A stretch of DNA of 64,000 nucleotides, taken from NCBI GenBank assembly GCA_963797555.1, contig CAWCPV010000002.1:160001-224000 (forward strand), read 5' to 3'. Origin of the DNA: an uncultured Gammaproteobacteria bacterium (GTDB lineage Bacteria > Pseudomonadota > Gammaproteobacteria > CAWCPV01). Shown one piece after another: positions 12,504 through 22,301 of this stretch; position 1 is the first letter of the stretch, and each line of letters opens with the position of its first letter. The translations under genes were made by a program, and so were the position numbers. The notes under the pieces were generated by a model. That model was not told the origin of the DNA. It saw only the letters and a program-made list of their open reading frames with translations, and did no database searches.

Positions 12504-12967
12504 TCATCCTCCCACAGCGCAGAGCCCGACTGATCCAGCAGCCGCTTCGCCAGTTCCTTGATCTGCTCTTCTTCTTCGGCCTTGTCCACGCCTTGGGCTT
12601 CAAGCGCCATGCTGTGGCGGGTCGCGCGGAGGCGGCGCGCAGCGAGCAGGGCGGCGCGTTCTTCGGCGAGCGCTTCCAGGGGCTTTGGGGGGACCAGCGC
12701 ATAGACGAGGCGGCAGCCGAGCGCCTGGGCGGCCCGTTCCAGGGTTTCAAGGGTGATGCTGTCCGTGGCTTCCGCCTTCTCGATGGCGACGGCGCGCGGC
12801 TGGCTGACCCCGAGGCGCTTTCCAAGCTGCGCCGTCGTCATGCCCAGGGCTTCGCGGACGGCCTTGATCCAGCCGCGCGGCGGCCGTGCGAGCCCTTCCG
12901 CGTTCCGCAGCAGAGTCAGACGCTTGTCCAGTTGCCGGCGGGCTGAAGCCCGTTCCTGTGCGCGCAT
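12500..12967 (-). CDS. Mobile mystery protein A (XRE HTH)
   Basis: PPRGWIKAVREALGMTTAQLGKRLGVSQ and HSMALEAQ; coupled to protein B. Confidence 0.88.
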   Translation of the reverse strand: MRAQERASARRQLDKRLTLLRNAEGLARPPRGWIKAVREALGMTTAQLGKRLGVSQPRAVAIEKAEATDSITLETLERAAQALGCRLVYALVPPKPLEALAEERAALLAARRLRATRHSMALEAQGVDKAEEEEQIKELAKRLLDQSGSALWEDE

Positions 12968-13720
12968 GGTGATAACCTTCACATTATTTCGTACTCAGTA
13001 CACAATAACATATGCATTATATTTTTGGCTTTCCCGGCCCCTGCATTGGCCGCTTTCTTGTCTTCGCTCATACACGCGTAATGAACCTATACTTAGGCCG
13101 TACACAAGCTCTGTGCTGGCTGGCTGTTTGGCCGGTTCGATGGCCGCTTTCGAGCGGCGCGCGCTGCATCTCCAGCACCGCGCAGGCGAGCGCAAGGCGC
13201 GGGATCGCCGCCGGCCCCGCTGAGCCGTGAGCAATATTACGAGGCCATCGAGCAGCGCCTCGGGCTCGCCGGCCAGCCGCGCGCCGTGGTGTTTCATGTC
13301 AAGCCCGACAAGGACGGCACCGGGCGCGAGCATTGCCATGTCGTGTGGTCTCGGATCGACGTGGAGCGCATGAAGGCGATCCCCATGTCCCATGACCGCC
13401 GCAGGCTCTGCGATCTCGCCTGTGAGCTTGCCCACCAATACGGGCTTTCCCTGTCGCCCGGCCTTCAGGCGTGGGAGGAAAAAGCAGCGCTTCCGCAAGG
13501 ACGCGCTGGAGCCCACCCTCGGCGAAAAGGCCCAGGCCGAGCGGACCGGCATGACGCCCGAGGAGCGCCGCGCCGAGATCACGCAGCTTTATGAGCGCTG
13601 CGATAGCGGCGAAGCTTTCCGCAACGCCCTCGAAGAGCAGGGCTACATCCTCGCGCAAGGGGACCGGCGCGGCTTCGTCGTCGTCGATCAATTCGCGGGC
13701 GTCCACAGCCTGTCCCGTTA

Positions 13721-14822
13721 CTAATCCTTTCTTAAGTAAGGCCATATCAGACAGCGTAGCAGCAATGCGGATGCATGAAAAAGCCTTTGACGATTTCTGG
13801 CAGCTTCTGGAGCCGGCGCAAAGCACCGAGGAGTTTGCTCTTGAGATCCTCTTTGCTTTCCACCCGGCGCTTGGCGACGCGGGCTTTCACATGCCCCCAA
13901 ACCTGTTCGTCGGGATTGAGTTGGGGCGAGTACGGGGGGAGGAAGAACAGCTTAAGGCGCCCGTTCTGTTCGCCGATGAAGTCCTGGATCAATCGTGCCT
14001 TGTGGATGGGATGGCCATCGACGATGAGGAAGACCGGCCGGGTGGCGCCCACCAGCAGGCGCTTGAGGAATTCCTTGAACACCGCGGCGGTCACCGTCCC
14101 CTCGTGCACCATGAAGCGCAAGCCCCCGCGGGCGCTCACCGCCGAGAGCATGGCGAGCGAGAACCGCGCCCCGGTCACCGCGACCACCGGGGTCTTGCCC
14201 ATCGGCGCCCAAGTGGTGCCGGCGTGGTAGTCGGAGCGCATCCCCGACTCATCCCCAAAGTAGATGGTCGCCCCCACGCGCTTGGCCTCGGCCTGGATGG
14301 CGGGAAATTGCTCTTTCTGCCAGCGCTCGACCAGCACCGGATCGCGCTGCCAGGCACGGTAGAGCGGCTTCTGGGCAGTGAATCCCAGCACCCGCATCAC
14401 CCGCCTGACGGCGGAGTCCGAAAGGCGCTTGTTGAACCGCCGCTCGATCAACCTGCCGATGAGCGGCAGGGTCCACAGCGCAAACTCGAATCGGAACTGC
14501 TGCGGCGTGTGCTCGCGCACCGCCCCCGCCAGCCAGCGCATCTCCTCGGCGCCAAGCAGCGGCGGGCGGCCCGGGATCGGCTTGGCCAACAGCGCGTTCT
14601 GTCCCCCCGAGGCAAATGCCGAGAGCCAGCGAAACACGGTGCGAATGTTCAACCCGAAGGCCTGCGCTACGCTCTGTACCGTCTGTCCGTGACGCACCGC
14701 TTTCACGGCTTGCTGGCGCAGCACCTGCAGGCTCCTATGATCGAGCTTGCGCCCGTCCGATTCGCGCTTGCATTTCATGCCCCCATTGTACCAACATATG
14801 GCTTTACTTAAAATTGACTTAG
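13721..14822 (-). mobile_element. IS630-family insertion sequence
   Basis: Imperfect terminal IRs (CTAATCCTTTCTTAAGTAAGGCCATA vs CTAAGTCAATTTTAAGTAAAGCCATA); TA duplication at 13719-20 and 14823-24. Confidence 0.88.
13747..14778 (-). CDS. IS630 family transposase
   Basis: YFGDESG, LIVDGHPIH and FLPPYSPQLNPDEQVW DDE motifs. Confidence 0.93.
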   Translation of the reverse strand: MKCKRESDGRKLDHRSLQVLRQQAVKAVRHGQTVQSVAQAFGLNIRTVFRWLSAFASGGQNALLAKPIPGRPPLLGAEEMRWLAGAVREHTPQQFRFEFALWTLPLIGRLIERRFNKRLSDSAVRRVMRVLGFTAQKPLYRAWQRDPVLVERWQKEQFPAIQAEAKRVGATIYFGDESGMRSDYHAGTTWAPMGKTPVVAVTGARFSLAMLSAVSARGGLRFMVHEGTVTAAVFKEFLKRLLVGATRPVFLIVDGHPIHKARLIQDFIGEQNGRLKLFFLPPYSPQLNPDEQVWGHVKARVAKRRVESKEDLKSKLLGALRRLQKLPEIVKGFFMHPHCCYAV

Positions 14823-15780
14823 TATATCAAAGGCCATAGCGCGAAGGAGATTGCCAAGTAGCTCGCGCCGCTCACGCCCGACCAGTTGCCGGGGGTCGAG
14901 CAGGCCAAGGAGATGGCGCGGGCGCGGGCAAAGGCCGAGGAACAGCGCGCGGCCGCGCAGGCCGAGCTGGAGAAAAAGCAGGCTGCCCGGCGCGCCGAGC
15001 TTGCCGGGGCGGAGCAGGACCTGCTGACTCGGCAGGCGGCGGAAAAACTCGCGCTGCATGCCGCCCAGGAGAGCGAGAGCAGGGGGCTGATATTCCGCGT
15101 GCGCAGCGCCGTCGCCGATCTGGTCCGGCGCACGCCGGGCCTGCGCTCGGTGCTCGGGCCGATCCAGAAAAAGCTACATCTCGACCCGAAGGAGCGCCAC
15201 GCCCTGGAGGGCGAGGCGCTGGAGCGCCGTCACGCCCGCGAGAAGCTCGACATAGAGCGGCGGAAAAGACTGCTGACTCAGGTGGAAAAGCGCGAGCGGC
15301 AGTCCCTCGAAAAGTGGCTGCTGCGCAAGGCACACCAGGCGCGGCGCCTGGAGAACGAGGCGCAGCGCGAGCACGCCGACGCCGCCCGCGAGACGCCCGG
15401 CCGCAGCAGGCGCTATTATCGCAGCGGCGACCTCTCCCGCACCTTCGACGAGGCCGCCGCCACGCCGCAGGGCGAGGGCGGCACGGGCGGAGAGGACACG
15501 CGCGCCCCGAGCTGGAAGGCGCGGGCCGACAAGCACGCCAAAGGCCGCGACCACAAGCGCGGCAAAGGTTACGGCTACCGGCGGGATCAGGACAAGGATT
15601 TCGGCAAGGACCCGTAAGGCCCGGCGGCGGTCAATGCCCCCTGACCGGGCGGCCGGGACGGGCGTTAGCGCCTGTCCGGAAAGATAGCCTTTTAGCGAAA
15701 GTTAACGGCTTCTCAACCGCCCGGTCCGTACACTGAAAGTAGTGCCCGCAGCCTTCACCATCCGCCAAGGAGTTCGAACC

Positions 15781-16020
15781 ATGGACACTGACCTTCCCCG
15801 CCAGCTTGAGGTCCTCTCGGAACTATTCGACGCCCAGATTCGCCGTCTTCCAGACGGCACTCTCGAAGTCGTCGACGGCCCCCATGTAAGCCGCATCTCG
15901 CCCAAGGGGGGACCTGACGCAACACAACACCGACCCCGACGACCAGCCGGACCCCGGCCAGAGCTGGGTCCCGCCATCGCCGCGAGGCCCCCGGTTTTAG
16001 CAGGGCGATTCAGTGGGTGA
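15781..16020 (+). CDS. Small hypothetical protein (PDGTLEVVDGPHV motif)
   Basis: AGGAG upstream of the ATG; a diverged inverted copy lies near 27.2 kb. Confidence 0.4.
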   Translation: MDTDLPRQLEVLSELFDAQIRRLPDGTLEVVDGPHVSRISPKGGPDATQHRPRRPAGPRPELGPAIAARPPVLAGRFSG

Positions 16021-16072
16021 ACGCCGTCAGTCAACGAGCACAGCAGGCTTGGCCGGTGGCCTTTGGACGTGT

Positions 16073-16582
16073 CTAAAGCAGCCGTGCGAGGCGTCTAACA
16101 CGGCGCAGGACTTCTTCTGCCGGTAGGAACACGAACGCGTCATCGTGAAAAAGCCGGAGCGCGTTATAAAGGGTCTGGATCGGCACCACGCCGTGGACTT
16201 CCATCTCGTCTGTAACCCAGAGCACACCCCGGACTTCGCTCCCATTGCCTTCGGCGATGCGCCGCAACGGGCCGTCTCCCGTCAGCAGGATGCACCGCCC
16301 AACCTCCTCGGCCAGCGTCAGCGCAAAGCAGTCATTGAGCTTGAGCCTTGAGTGTTCATTGAAGTACCGGCCGGCGCGCTCCACTGCCGGCCCAGGCAGA
16401 CTGCGCACCTCCAGGCCGAGATCGCGCAGGGCTTGCTTTTCCGTGTCGCTCAAACATAGCCATTCATCCTCAAACAGGGTGTCAGGCATGACGAACGTGT
16501 AAGGGAGCCGCAACATGGCTTCCAGTAGACCGGCCTTCCTCAGGTCGATCATGCAGCTTGTGTCGCTAACCACTATCCGCAT
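16073..16582 (-). CDS. PIN-domain protein (DUF3368-like)
   Basis: IVVSDTSCMIDL, LNDCFALTLA, LLTGDGPLRR and EVRGVLWV. Confidence 0.8.
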   Translation of the reverse strand: MRIVVSDTSCMIDLRKAGLLEAMLRLPYTFVMPDTLFEDEWLCLSDTEKQALRDLGLEVRSLPGPAVERAGRYFNEHSRLKLNDCFALTLAEEVGRCILLTGDGPLRRIAEGNGSEVRGVLWVTDEMEVHGVVPIQTLYNALRLFHDDAFVFLPAEEVLRRVRRLARLL

Positions 16583-17657
16583 TACCTTCGGCAGGTCCTT
16601 TCAGTCCTTTTTCGATTTCTGCCAAAGGCTGCTGTAACAGTTCCCCCGCCTTGCCCGGCGTGATGAGCCCTTCCGCCAGCGCCCAGTAGCAAAGCCTTTC
16701 AAAACGGCGTGGGACCTCGTGCCTCCCTTCCTCGCCCGAAGCTTCCAGAGGCCTCGGCTCGCTCGAACGCCAGCCGCGTGCAAAAGTCTGGAAGGCATAG
16801 GCGAGAGTCGAATCATCGATGACGCCCACCTGCTTGAGCCGGACTAGAAGCGTTGCCGCGCTGACACGGTACATGCGCTTGAGCTGGACGAGTTCCTGGT
16901 AACCCAGCGCCTTTCTGCGATTGCCGACCTCGCGCACGAGATGCTCTTTGGGCACAAGAAAAGCCCCCGCAAAGACATTCGATGCCTTCTCGTGATCGAC
17001 AGGGGAGGATTTGTCAATCAGGCGGTGCGCCAGTTCGTGGGCGAGCGTGAACCGCCGCCGTTCGAGCCTGACGCGCTCGTTTACCACAATCACATGCACC
17101 CGCGTTTTGTGCCGCGGGCGGCGCACAAGACAGGTAAGGCCGGACACACGACCGGGCAGGGGAATGATCAGTACCTTGATTCCCTGGTCTTCCAGCAAAG
17201 AGGTCATATTGGGGATGGGGTCGATCCCCAGCTTCCAGTCCCTGCGCAGCTCTTGCGCCAGGATCTCGCTATCATCTTCCTGGCCGAGGAACCGGTTTCC
17301 AAGCCGGGGGACCTTCCAGGCGGCGCTGTCGAGATCCAGGATTTCCTCGACGGCGATGTAACGCTGAAGACGGTCGATGACCTCCGCCTCAACACGCGCC
17401 CTGTCGCCAGCGATCGTGCCTGCGAGTTTGCGGAACTCGACGGCTTCAAGCTCTTCGACCCGTTCGCTAAGCAAATATTCCAGCGATACGCCGAGCACCC
17501 TCGCCATATGGATCATCACCGCCGAACTCGGCATCATCTCGCCGCGCTCATATTTGCCGATGGCCTGCGCCGTCACTTCCCCGTCCAGCGCATCCGAAAG
17601 GCTACGCAGCGAGTGGCCGGCCTTTTTCCGGGCGAGCTTCAGACGATCTCCAAACAT
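16566..17657 (-). CDS. XRE HTH fused to ImmA/IrrE Zn-metallopeptidase
   Basis: MFGDRLKLARKKAGHSLRSL HTH; RRFTLAHELAH HExxH; EKASNVFAGAFLVP. Confidence 0.9.
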   Translation of the reverse strand: MFGDRLKLARKKAGHSLRSLSDALDGEVTAQAIGKYERGEMMPSSAVMIHMARVLGVSLEYLLSERVEELEAVEFRKLAGTIAGDRARVEAEVIDRLQRYIAVEEILDLDSAAWKVPRLGNRFLGQEDDSEILAQELRRDWKLGIDPIPNMTSLLEDQGIKVLIIPLPGRVSGLTCLVRRPRHKTRVHVIVVNERVRLERRRFTLAHELAHRLIDKSSPVDHEKASNVFAGAFLVPKEHLVREVGNRRKALGYQELVQLKRMYRVSAATLLVRLKQVGVIDDSTLAYAFQTFARGWRSSEPRPLEASGEEGRHEVPRRFERLCYWALAEGLITPGKAGELLQQPLAEIEKGLKGPAEGNADSG

Positions 17658-17677
17658 GCGGTTCCTTTTTGGCTTGC

Positions 17678-17715
17678 GGTTTACACTTTTAAGCCTTACA
17701 ATCAAATTGTAAACC
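17678..17715. promoter_or_regulatory. Nested palindromic operator in the divergent promoter region
   Basis: GGTTTACA (17678-85) / TGTAAACC (17708-15) plus TTACAAT-caa-ATTGTAA (17696-17712) in an AT-rich intergenic stretch. Confidence 0.55.
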
Positions 17716-17790
17716 AAAGCCTAGGTTCCGTCAAATTTGCGCCGCGCATGCCGGAGCCAGGATGATATCTTGTATAAACAGGAGGTTATC

Positions 17791-18015
17791 ATGAGCAAAC
17801 GCAACCAGCATATCGTTCCCCATGAAGGGGGGTGGGCCGTACGCGGCGCGGGTAGCCAGCGCGCCACATCCGTTTACCGCACGCAGCAAGAGGCCATCGA
17901 TGCGGGGCGCGAGATCGCCCGCAACCAGGGCACCGAACTCTTAATCCACGGTCGCGACGGTCGTATCCGGGACCGAGATTCCCACGGGAACGATCCGTTC
18001 CCGCCCAAGGGCTGA
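17791..18015 (+). CDS. DUF2188 family small protein, first gene of the CBASS operon
   Basis: HIVPHEGGWAV, TQQEAIDAGREIA, LIHGRDGRIRDRDSHGNDPFPPKG; RBS GGAGG. Confidence 0.82.
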   Translation: MSKRNQHIVPHEGGWAVRGAGSQRATSVYRTQQEAIDAGREIARNQGTELLIHGRDGRIRDRDSHGNDPFPPKG

Positions 18016-18048
18016 CCGGGGGCGCGAGCACAGAGAGAGGCTGAGCTG

Positions 18049-18921
18049 ATGGATATGATCGTTGACCAATCCGACCTTCCTCATCGGGACTTCGCCGACG
18101 CATGGGCTGCTATCAAGCTTCCCGAGTCGGTTCGTGAACGCTTGCTCGCCCAGTCCGTGCTCGCGCTTCAATTGCGCCAACAGTTTTCCTTTGAGTCGAT
18201 GCCTGTACACGGTCTCATCGTTTTGTCCGGGGTTCCGGGTACTGGCAAGACCACCCTGGCGCGTGGACTTGCGAATCAAGTCGCGGGCGCACTCAAAGGC
18301 GCAACGGCCCGCTTTATCCAGGTCGATCCCCATGCTCTGACAAGTTCCTCCCTCGGCAAGAGCCAGAAAGAGGTGACCAAGCTCTTCCATCAGATCATTC
18401 CGGAATATGCGGCGGGCGGCCCGTGCATCGTTCTCCTTGATGAAGTGGAAACTCTTGCCCCCGATCGGCAGCGGATGAGCCTGGAGGCGAACCCGATCGA
18501 CGTCCACCGCGCCACGGATGCAGCGCTTGCCGGGCTAGACTTGCTGACCCGCAAGAACCGAAACGTGTTGTTGATCGCAACGACGAATTTCCCGCAAGCC
18601 GTAGATCGCGCCCTGATGTCGCGGGCGGACTGGATCGAGGAGATCGGCCTGCCGGACGCGGCGGCCCGCACCACTATCATCACTGATGTCCTGGACCGGC
18701 TCGCTACCGTCTGGCCGCGCGTTGCCGATCTGAAACGGCAGATCGGGTCCTTCGTTGCAGCGTCGGAGGGACTCGATGGACGCCGGCTGCGCAAGGCGAT
18801 CATCTCCGCTGCGGCCGCTTCCGTTGAAACCGCCCGTGATCTGAACAGGCTCAAGGCCGAGCATATCCTCGCGACCTTGAAGGCTGTCGCCGCCGTCGGG
18901 CCGGCCGAGGAAGCGGCATGA
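18049..18921 (+). CDS. cap6: CBASS Trip13/Pch2-like AAA+ ATPase
   Basis: GVPGTGKTTLARGLA, LLDEVETLA, SLEANPIDVHRATDAALAGLD; adjacent to HORMA genes. Confidence 0.88.
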   Translation: MDMIVDQSDLPHRDFADAWAAIKLPESVRERLLAQSVLALQLRQQFSFESMPVHGLIVLSGVPGTGKTTLARGLANQVAGALKGATARFIQVDPHALTSSSLGKSQKEVTKLFHQIIPEYAAGGPCIVLLDEVETLAPDRQRMSLEANPIDVHRATDAALAGLDLLTRKNRNVLLIATTNFPQAVDRALMSRADWIEEIGLPDAAARTTIITDVLDRLATVWPRVADLKRQIGSFVAASEGLDGRRLRKAIISAAAASVETARDLNRLKAEHILATLKAVAAVGPAEEAA

Positions 18922-19385
18922 GGATACGCCGCGATATCGCCTCCATCCCGATTCGCTCGGCAAAGGAAACGTGGAGCGCCGTAGTCGCGCTCGTGACGGG
19001 CGATGGCTCGGTGGATCGGAAGCAGCTTGATGCGGCCGCCAGCATTATGGAGTCGCTGATTGCTGACGAACAACCCGCTATCGCTCCCATCGTTTTCAAG
19101 GGATGCGGCCCGCGCGTGGTCATTTACTGTCTTTATGACGAGGACGCGATGGAAGCTGGGCTTGCGCTTGACAGCCTGAACACCAATCCGACGGCGGGTA
19201 ACTGGCAGATGACGGCACCCTGCGAAGAGGGCGATGTGGATTGGATGAACAACACGCTTAAGGAAAGAGCGCCGCGGATGACCGTTCATCCTGCGCACCA
19301 GCCGCCCTCCGATGAGGGCGCGGACGAGCTGGACGCGGCGGCCAAAGTCCTTGACATCGACTGGGGGGCGCTGGGCAAATCATGA
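18918..19385 (+). CDS. cap8: CBASS HORMA3-type protein
   Basis: ETWSAVVALV, SLIADEQP..APIV..GPRVVIYCLYDEDA resembles P. aeruginosa HORMA3 (from recall). Confidence 0.78.
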   Translation: MRIRRDIASIPIRSAKETWSAVVALVTGDGSVDRKQLDAAASIMESLIADEQPAIAPIVFKGCGPRVVIYCLYDEDAMEAGLALDSLNTNPTAGNWQMTAPCEEGDVDWMNNTLKERAPRMTVHPAHQPPSDEGADELDAAAKVLDIDWGALGKS

Positions 19386-19885
19386 GCGCCGTTTCCGTTA
19401 ACGCCCACGCCCGCAGCCATACGTCCGTTTATGTGTCGGACAAGCTGCGGAACTTGCTTAAGATTCTGGTCCGCCATCATGGCCTCGACCCGCAGAAGGT
19501 CGTCGATGCCTGGTCTGACTGGGTTGATCGCGCGGCCCGCACATGGCTGGAGTCGGGCCACCTCCGCGCCATCGTGATCGAATTCTACTGGCCGGGCTCG
19601 GATTTCGCCGTCGCTCGCTGGGATTTTCCGATCCGCTATGACGGCAGCGGCGCTGACGAGATGTGGGTCGACCGGCTTTTCTTCGAAGACTCCCTTGCCA
19701 AGGCAAAACCCCCACTGTCCGGCTGCTCCTACCGCATCGTGCTCCAAACTTGGCCTGGTAAGCCGCTCGTCGCAGGTGTCGGAGACACGACCCTGCGGTC
19801 GGTCGACGGCCTCGTTGCCCGCGAGGTTGGCACGGTCATAGCCACCCCCGACATCATGGCGTCCGCGAGGTATTACCGCTCATGA
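19382..19885 (+). CDS. cap7: CBASS HORMA2-type protein
   Basis: HTSVYVSDKL, GLDP, TWLESGHL..IVIEFY and RWDFPIRY resemble P. aeruginosa HORMA2 (from recall). Confidence 0.8.
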   Translation: MSAVSVNAHARSHTSVYVSDKLRNLLKILVRHHGLDPQKVVDAWSDWVDRAARTWLESGHLRAIVIEFYWPGSDFAVARWDFPIRYDGSGADEMWVDRLFFEDSLAKAKPPLSGCSYRIVLQTWPGKPLVAGVGDTTLRSVDGLVAREVGTVIATPDIMASARYYRS

Positions 19886-20766
19886 TCACGGTTGCCGAAG
19901 CCTTCGAGAAATTCCGTCAGCGGCTTGAACTCAGCGACACAGAGCAGAAGGACGCTATTCGTCGTCACAACGACGTGCGTGACTGCATACGGGCGACATT
20001 CGATGTCGAGCGGGACTTCCTCACGGGTTCATACGCCCGGCACACCAAGACGAAGCCCCTCAAGGATGTCGATATCTTTTTTTGCCTCGGGGCAAAGGAC
20101 AGCCACTGGCGCAACAAGCCACCCCATGAGGTACTCGGCGAGTTCGAAAAGCGCCTTGCCGCTAAGTACGGTGCCGATAGTGTCGATCCAGGCCGCCGCT
20201 GTGTGACGGTGGAGTTCGAGAAGCGCAATCCGACCGCCGACGAGGAAGGCAAGGTGCTCAGCAACGATGCTGTTCCCGCGTATGAGTTGAGCAACTGTTA
20301 TGAGATTCCCGACCGCGACCTCGGGAAGTGGATCAAGACCGACCCTGACATCCACAAGGAGAAGGCCACAGCCAAGAACAAAGCGCTGGATGGCAAGTGG
20401 GTACCGCTGGTCAAGATGCTCAAACGCTGGAACCGCTCGGCGGGAAAGCCGATCTCACCGTCATTTCTGATCGAAGTCATGGCGCTTGAACTCGTCGATC
20501 CGCCGTTCACGAATTACCCGAGTGAAATTCGCCGGTTCTTCGCTGCCGCCCTTGACGGCGTCATGCAGGACTGGCCCGATCCGGCGGGCCTTGGACCGCC
20601 GGTCTCCGACCAGATGACGTCCGAAAAACGGCAGGCGGCCATCGCCGCACTACGCGCGGCGGAGGTGAAGGCAGCCCGAGCCGTCCGTCTTGAGCAGCAG
20701 GGCAAAAACGGGGAAGCGCTTGCGTTATGGCGCGAGGTCATGGGCAAGTACTTTCCGACGAGTTGA
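19882..20766 (+). CDS. CBASS cyclic oligonucleotide cyclase (CD-NTase, CdnD-like)
   Basis: FLTGSYARHTKTKPLKDVDIF (hGS..DxD), YEIPD, WIKTDP, SFLIEVMA and WPDPAGLGPPVSD. Confidence 0.92.
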   Translation: MITVAEAFEKFRQRLELSDTEQKDAIRRHNDVRDCIRATFDVERDFLTGSYARHTKTKPLKDVDIFFCLGAKDSHWRNKPPHEVLGEFEKRLAAKYGADSVDPGRRCVTVEFEKRNPTADEEGKVLSNDAVPAYELSNCYEIPDRDLGKWIKTDPDIHKEKATAKNKALDGKWVPLVKMLKRWNRSAGKPISPSFLIEVMALELVDPPFTNYPSEIRRFFAAALDGVMQDWPDPAGLGPPVSDQMTSEKRQAAIAALRAAEVKAARAVRLEQQGKNGEALALWREVMGKYFPTS

Positions 20767-22298
20767 TGCCGATGACGCGGGCAAATGTTGCGAGGAGACA
20801 GGGCGATGATTTCCAGGCAAGACTCTTTTGGCTGAAGGCGGTTGAGCTGCTGAAGCCCAAGAGTCCGGTGATCAGGGTCGCTTATGATGCCGGTCCCAAG
20901 AGCTTCGATGACATTATGGTTGAGTATGATCCGAACGCTGCGCCACCGGACCACGAGGGGAGCCCGATCTATCTCAGGCACATTCAGTGTAAGTGGCACA
21001 CGACGGCGGGCACCCTCGGGTACAAAGATCTGACCGACCCGGACTTCATCAACGCCCAGCGCTTCTCACTGCTTCAAAAGGCACATCAGGCCCAGGCCCG
21101 GCATGCGCCGGATGGGCTTGGCTGCCGATTCGAGCTTCTGACGAACTGGCGGATAAAGGCGGACGACCCTCTCTTGGAACTGGTCAGGAAGGAAAGCGAT
21201 GCGCTCGACCTTAGCAGGCTGTTTGACGGCACCACCGATCGAAGCCGGATGGGACAGGTCCGCAAGCTATGGTGCCAGCATCTTGGACTAGATTACGCCG
21301 GTTTGAATCTGGTTGCGCGCACTCTGGCGGTGGCAGAAGCGCCGGAATCGCTTGCCAGCCTACGTGAGCGGTTGGACGACAAATTTGCCGTGGTTGGTAT
21401 GAAGCGCGTCCCGGCTTGTGAGTCCGCCTTCTTGTATGATGACCTGATCGCCAAGCTTCTCGCTCAGGGGCGGGTGGAATTTGACCGAGACGGCTTCGCC
21501 GACATGGCTCGCAGGGAAGGAATTCTTGACAAGCAGGCCCGGCCTGAGCACGTCCTAGTGATCGGCGTCCGTTCCTTCATGCATCCAATCGATCCCTTGG
21601 AGGACCGCTGTGAGCGCATGCTCAACCTCGTGCCCTATTTTGATGGCCGCTATATCCGCAACGACACAGACTGGCAGGAGCGCATACTTCCCGAGCTACG
21701 AAACTTCGTACTCGATTCGGCCCGGTCAACGGACAGCCTGCGACTCATCCTGGACGCCCACGTTTCCCTTGCGTTTGCCGTCGGTGCCATCCTAAACGTC
21801 AAATCCGGCAAGCACATAGAGATTGAGCAGCGGATCGGCGGCCGCCGCTATTGGTCGATGGATGACCAGGCAGCTGATCCGGGCTGGCCCATGTTTGAAT
21901 TCGATGAGGAGGTTCTTGATGCCCATGCCGACGGGGTCGCGCTCGCTATCGGTCTGACACATGATGTATCTGGCGGAGGCCGCAGCTTTCTCAAAGCAGA
22001 GGCTCCCGGAATAGGGAGGCTCCTACATTGGCGGCCTCAAGGCGGCGCTTCCCAACAATCGGTAGCTTGCGGCCGTCACGCCTGGATGCTCGCCGAAGCG
22101 GCCGTGCAGCGGATTCGGCGTCTGCGCGAGTCCCGACCGGGAGCAGACCGGCTGCAAGTGTTCATCGCCGGCCCGAACGCCTTTACGTTCTTCCTCGGCC
22201 AGCACCAGCAGGCTCTCGGTTCGGTGGCAGTGTACGAATGGGACTTCGACGGCCAGCGAGGAGGGGGGTACAGCCTCGGGCTGTTACTCGGCCCCTAA
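20766..22298 (+). CDS. CBASS effector, Cap4-like endonuclease-SAVED protein
   Basis: GDDFQARLFW..FDDIMVEY..HIQCKWH nuclease motif; SAVED motifs LDAHVSLAFAVG and FIAGPNAFTFFLGQ; ATG overlaps the cyclase stop. Confidence 0.85.
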   Translation: MPMTRANVARRQGDDFQARLFWLKAVELLKPKSPVIRVAYDAGPKSFDDIMVEYDPNAAPPDHEGSPIYLRHIQCKWHTTAGTLGYKDLTDPDFINAQRFSLLQKAHQAQARHAPDGLGCRFELLTNWRIKADDPLLELVRKESDALDLSRLFDGTTDRSRMGQVRKLWCQHLGLDYAGLNLVARTLAVAEAPESLASLRERLDDKFAVVGMKRVPACESAFLYDDLIAKLLAQGRVEFDRDGFADMARREGILDKQARPEHVLVIGVRSFMHPIDPLEDRCERMLNLVPYFDGRYIRNDTDWQERILPELRNFVLDSARSTDSLRLILDAHVSLAFAVGAILNVKSGKHIEIEQRIGGRRYWSMDDQAADPGWPMFEFDEEVLDAHADGVALAIGLTHDVSGGGRSFLKAEAPGIGRLLHWRPQGGASQQSVACGRHAWMLAEAAVQRIRRLRESRPGADRLQVFIAGPNAFTFFLGQHQQALGSVAVYEWDFDGQRGGGYSLGLLLGP

Positions 22299-22301
22299 TA
22301 T

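Larger units (their letters stand above)
13215..15617 (+). pseudogene. MobA/VirD2-type relaxase, 5'-truncated, frameshifted and split by IS630
   Basis: VVFHVK..GREHCHVVWSRID HUH motif; GYILAQGDRRGFVVVD; removing the IS rejoins HSLSR-YIKGH; coiled-coil C-terminal part at 14886-15617. Confidence 0.75.
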
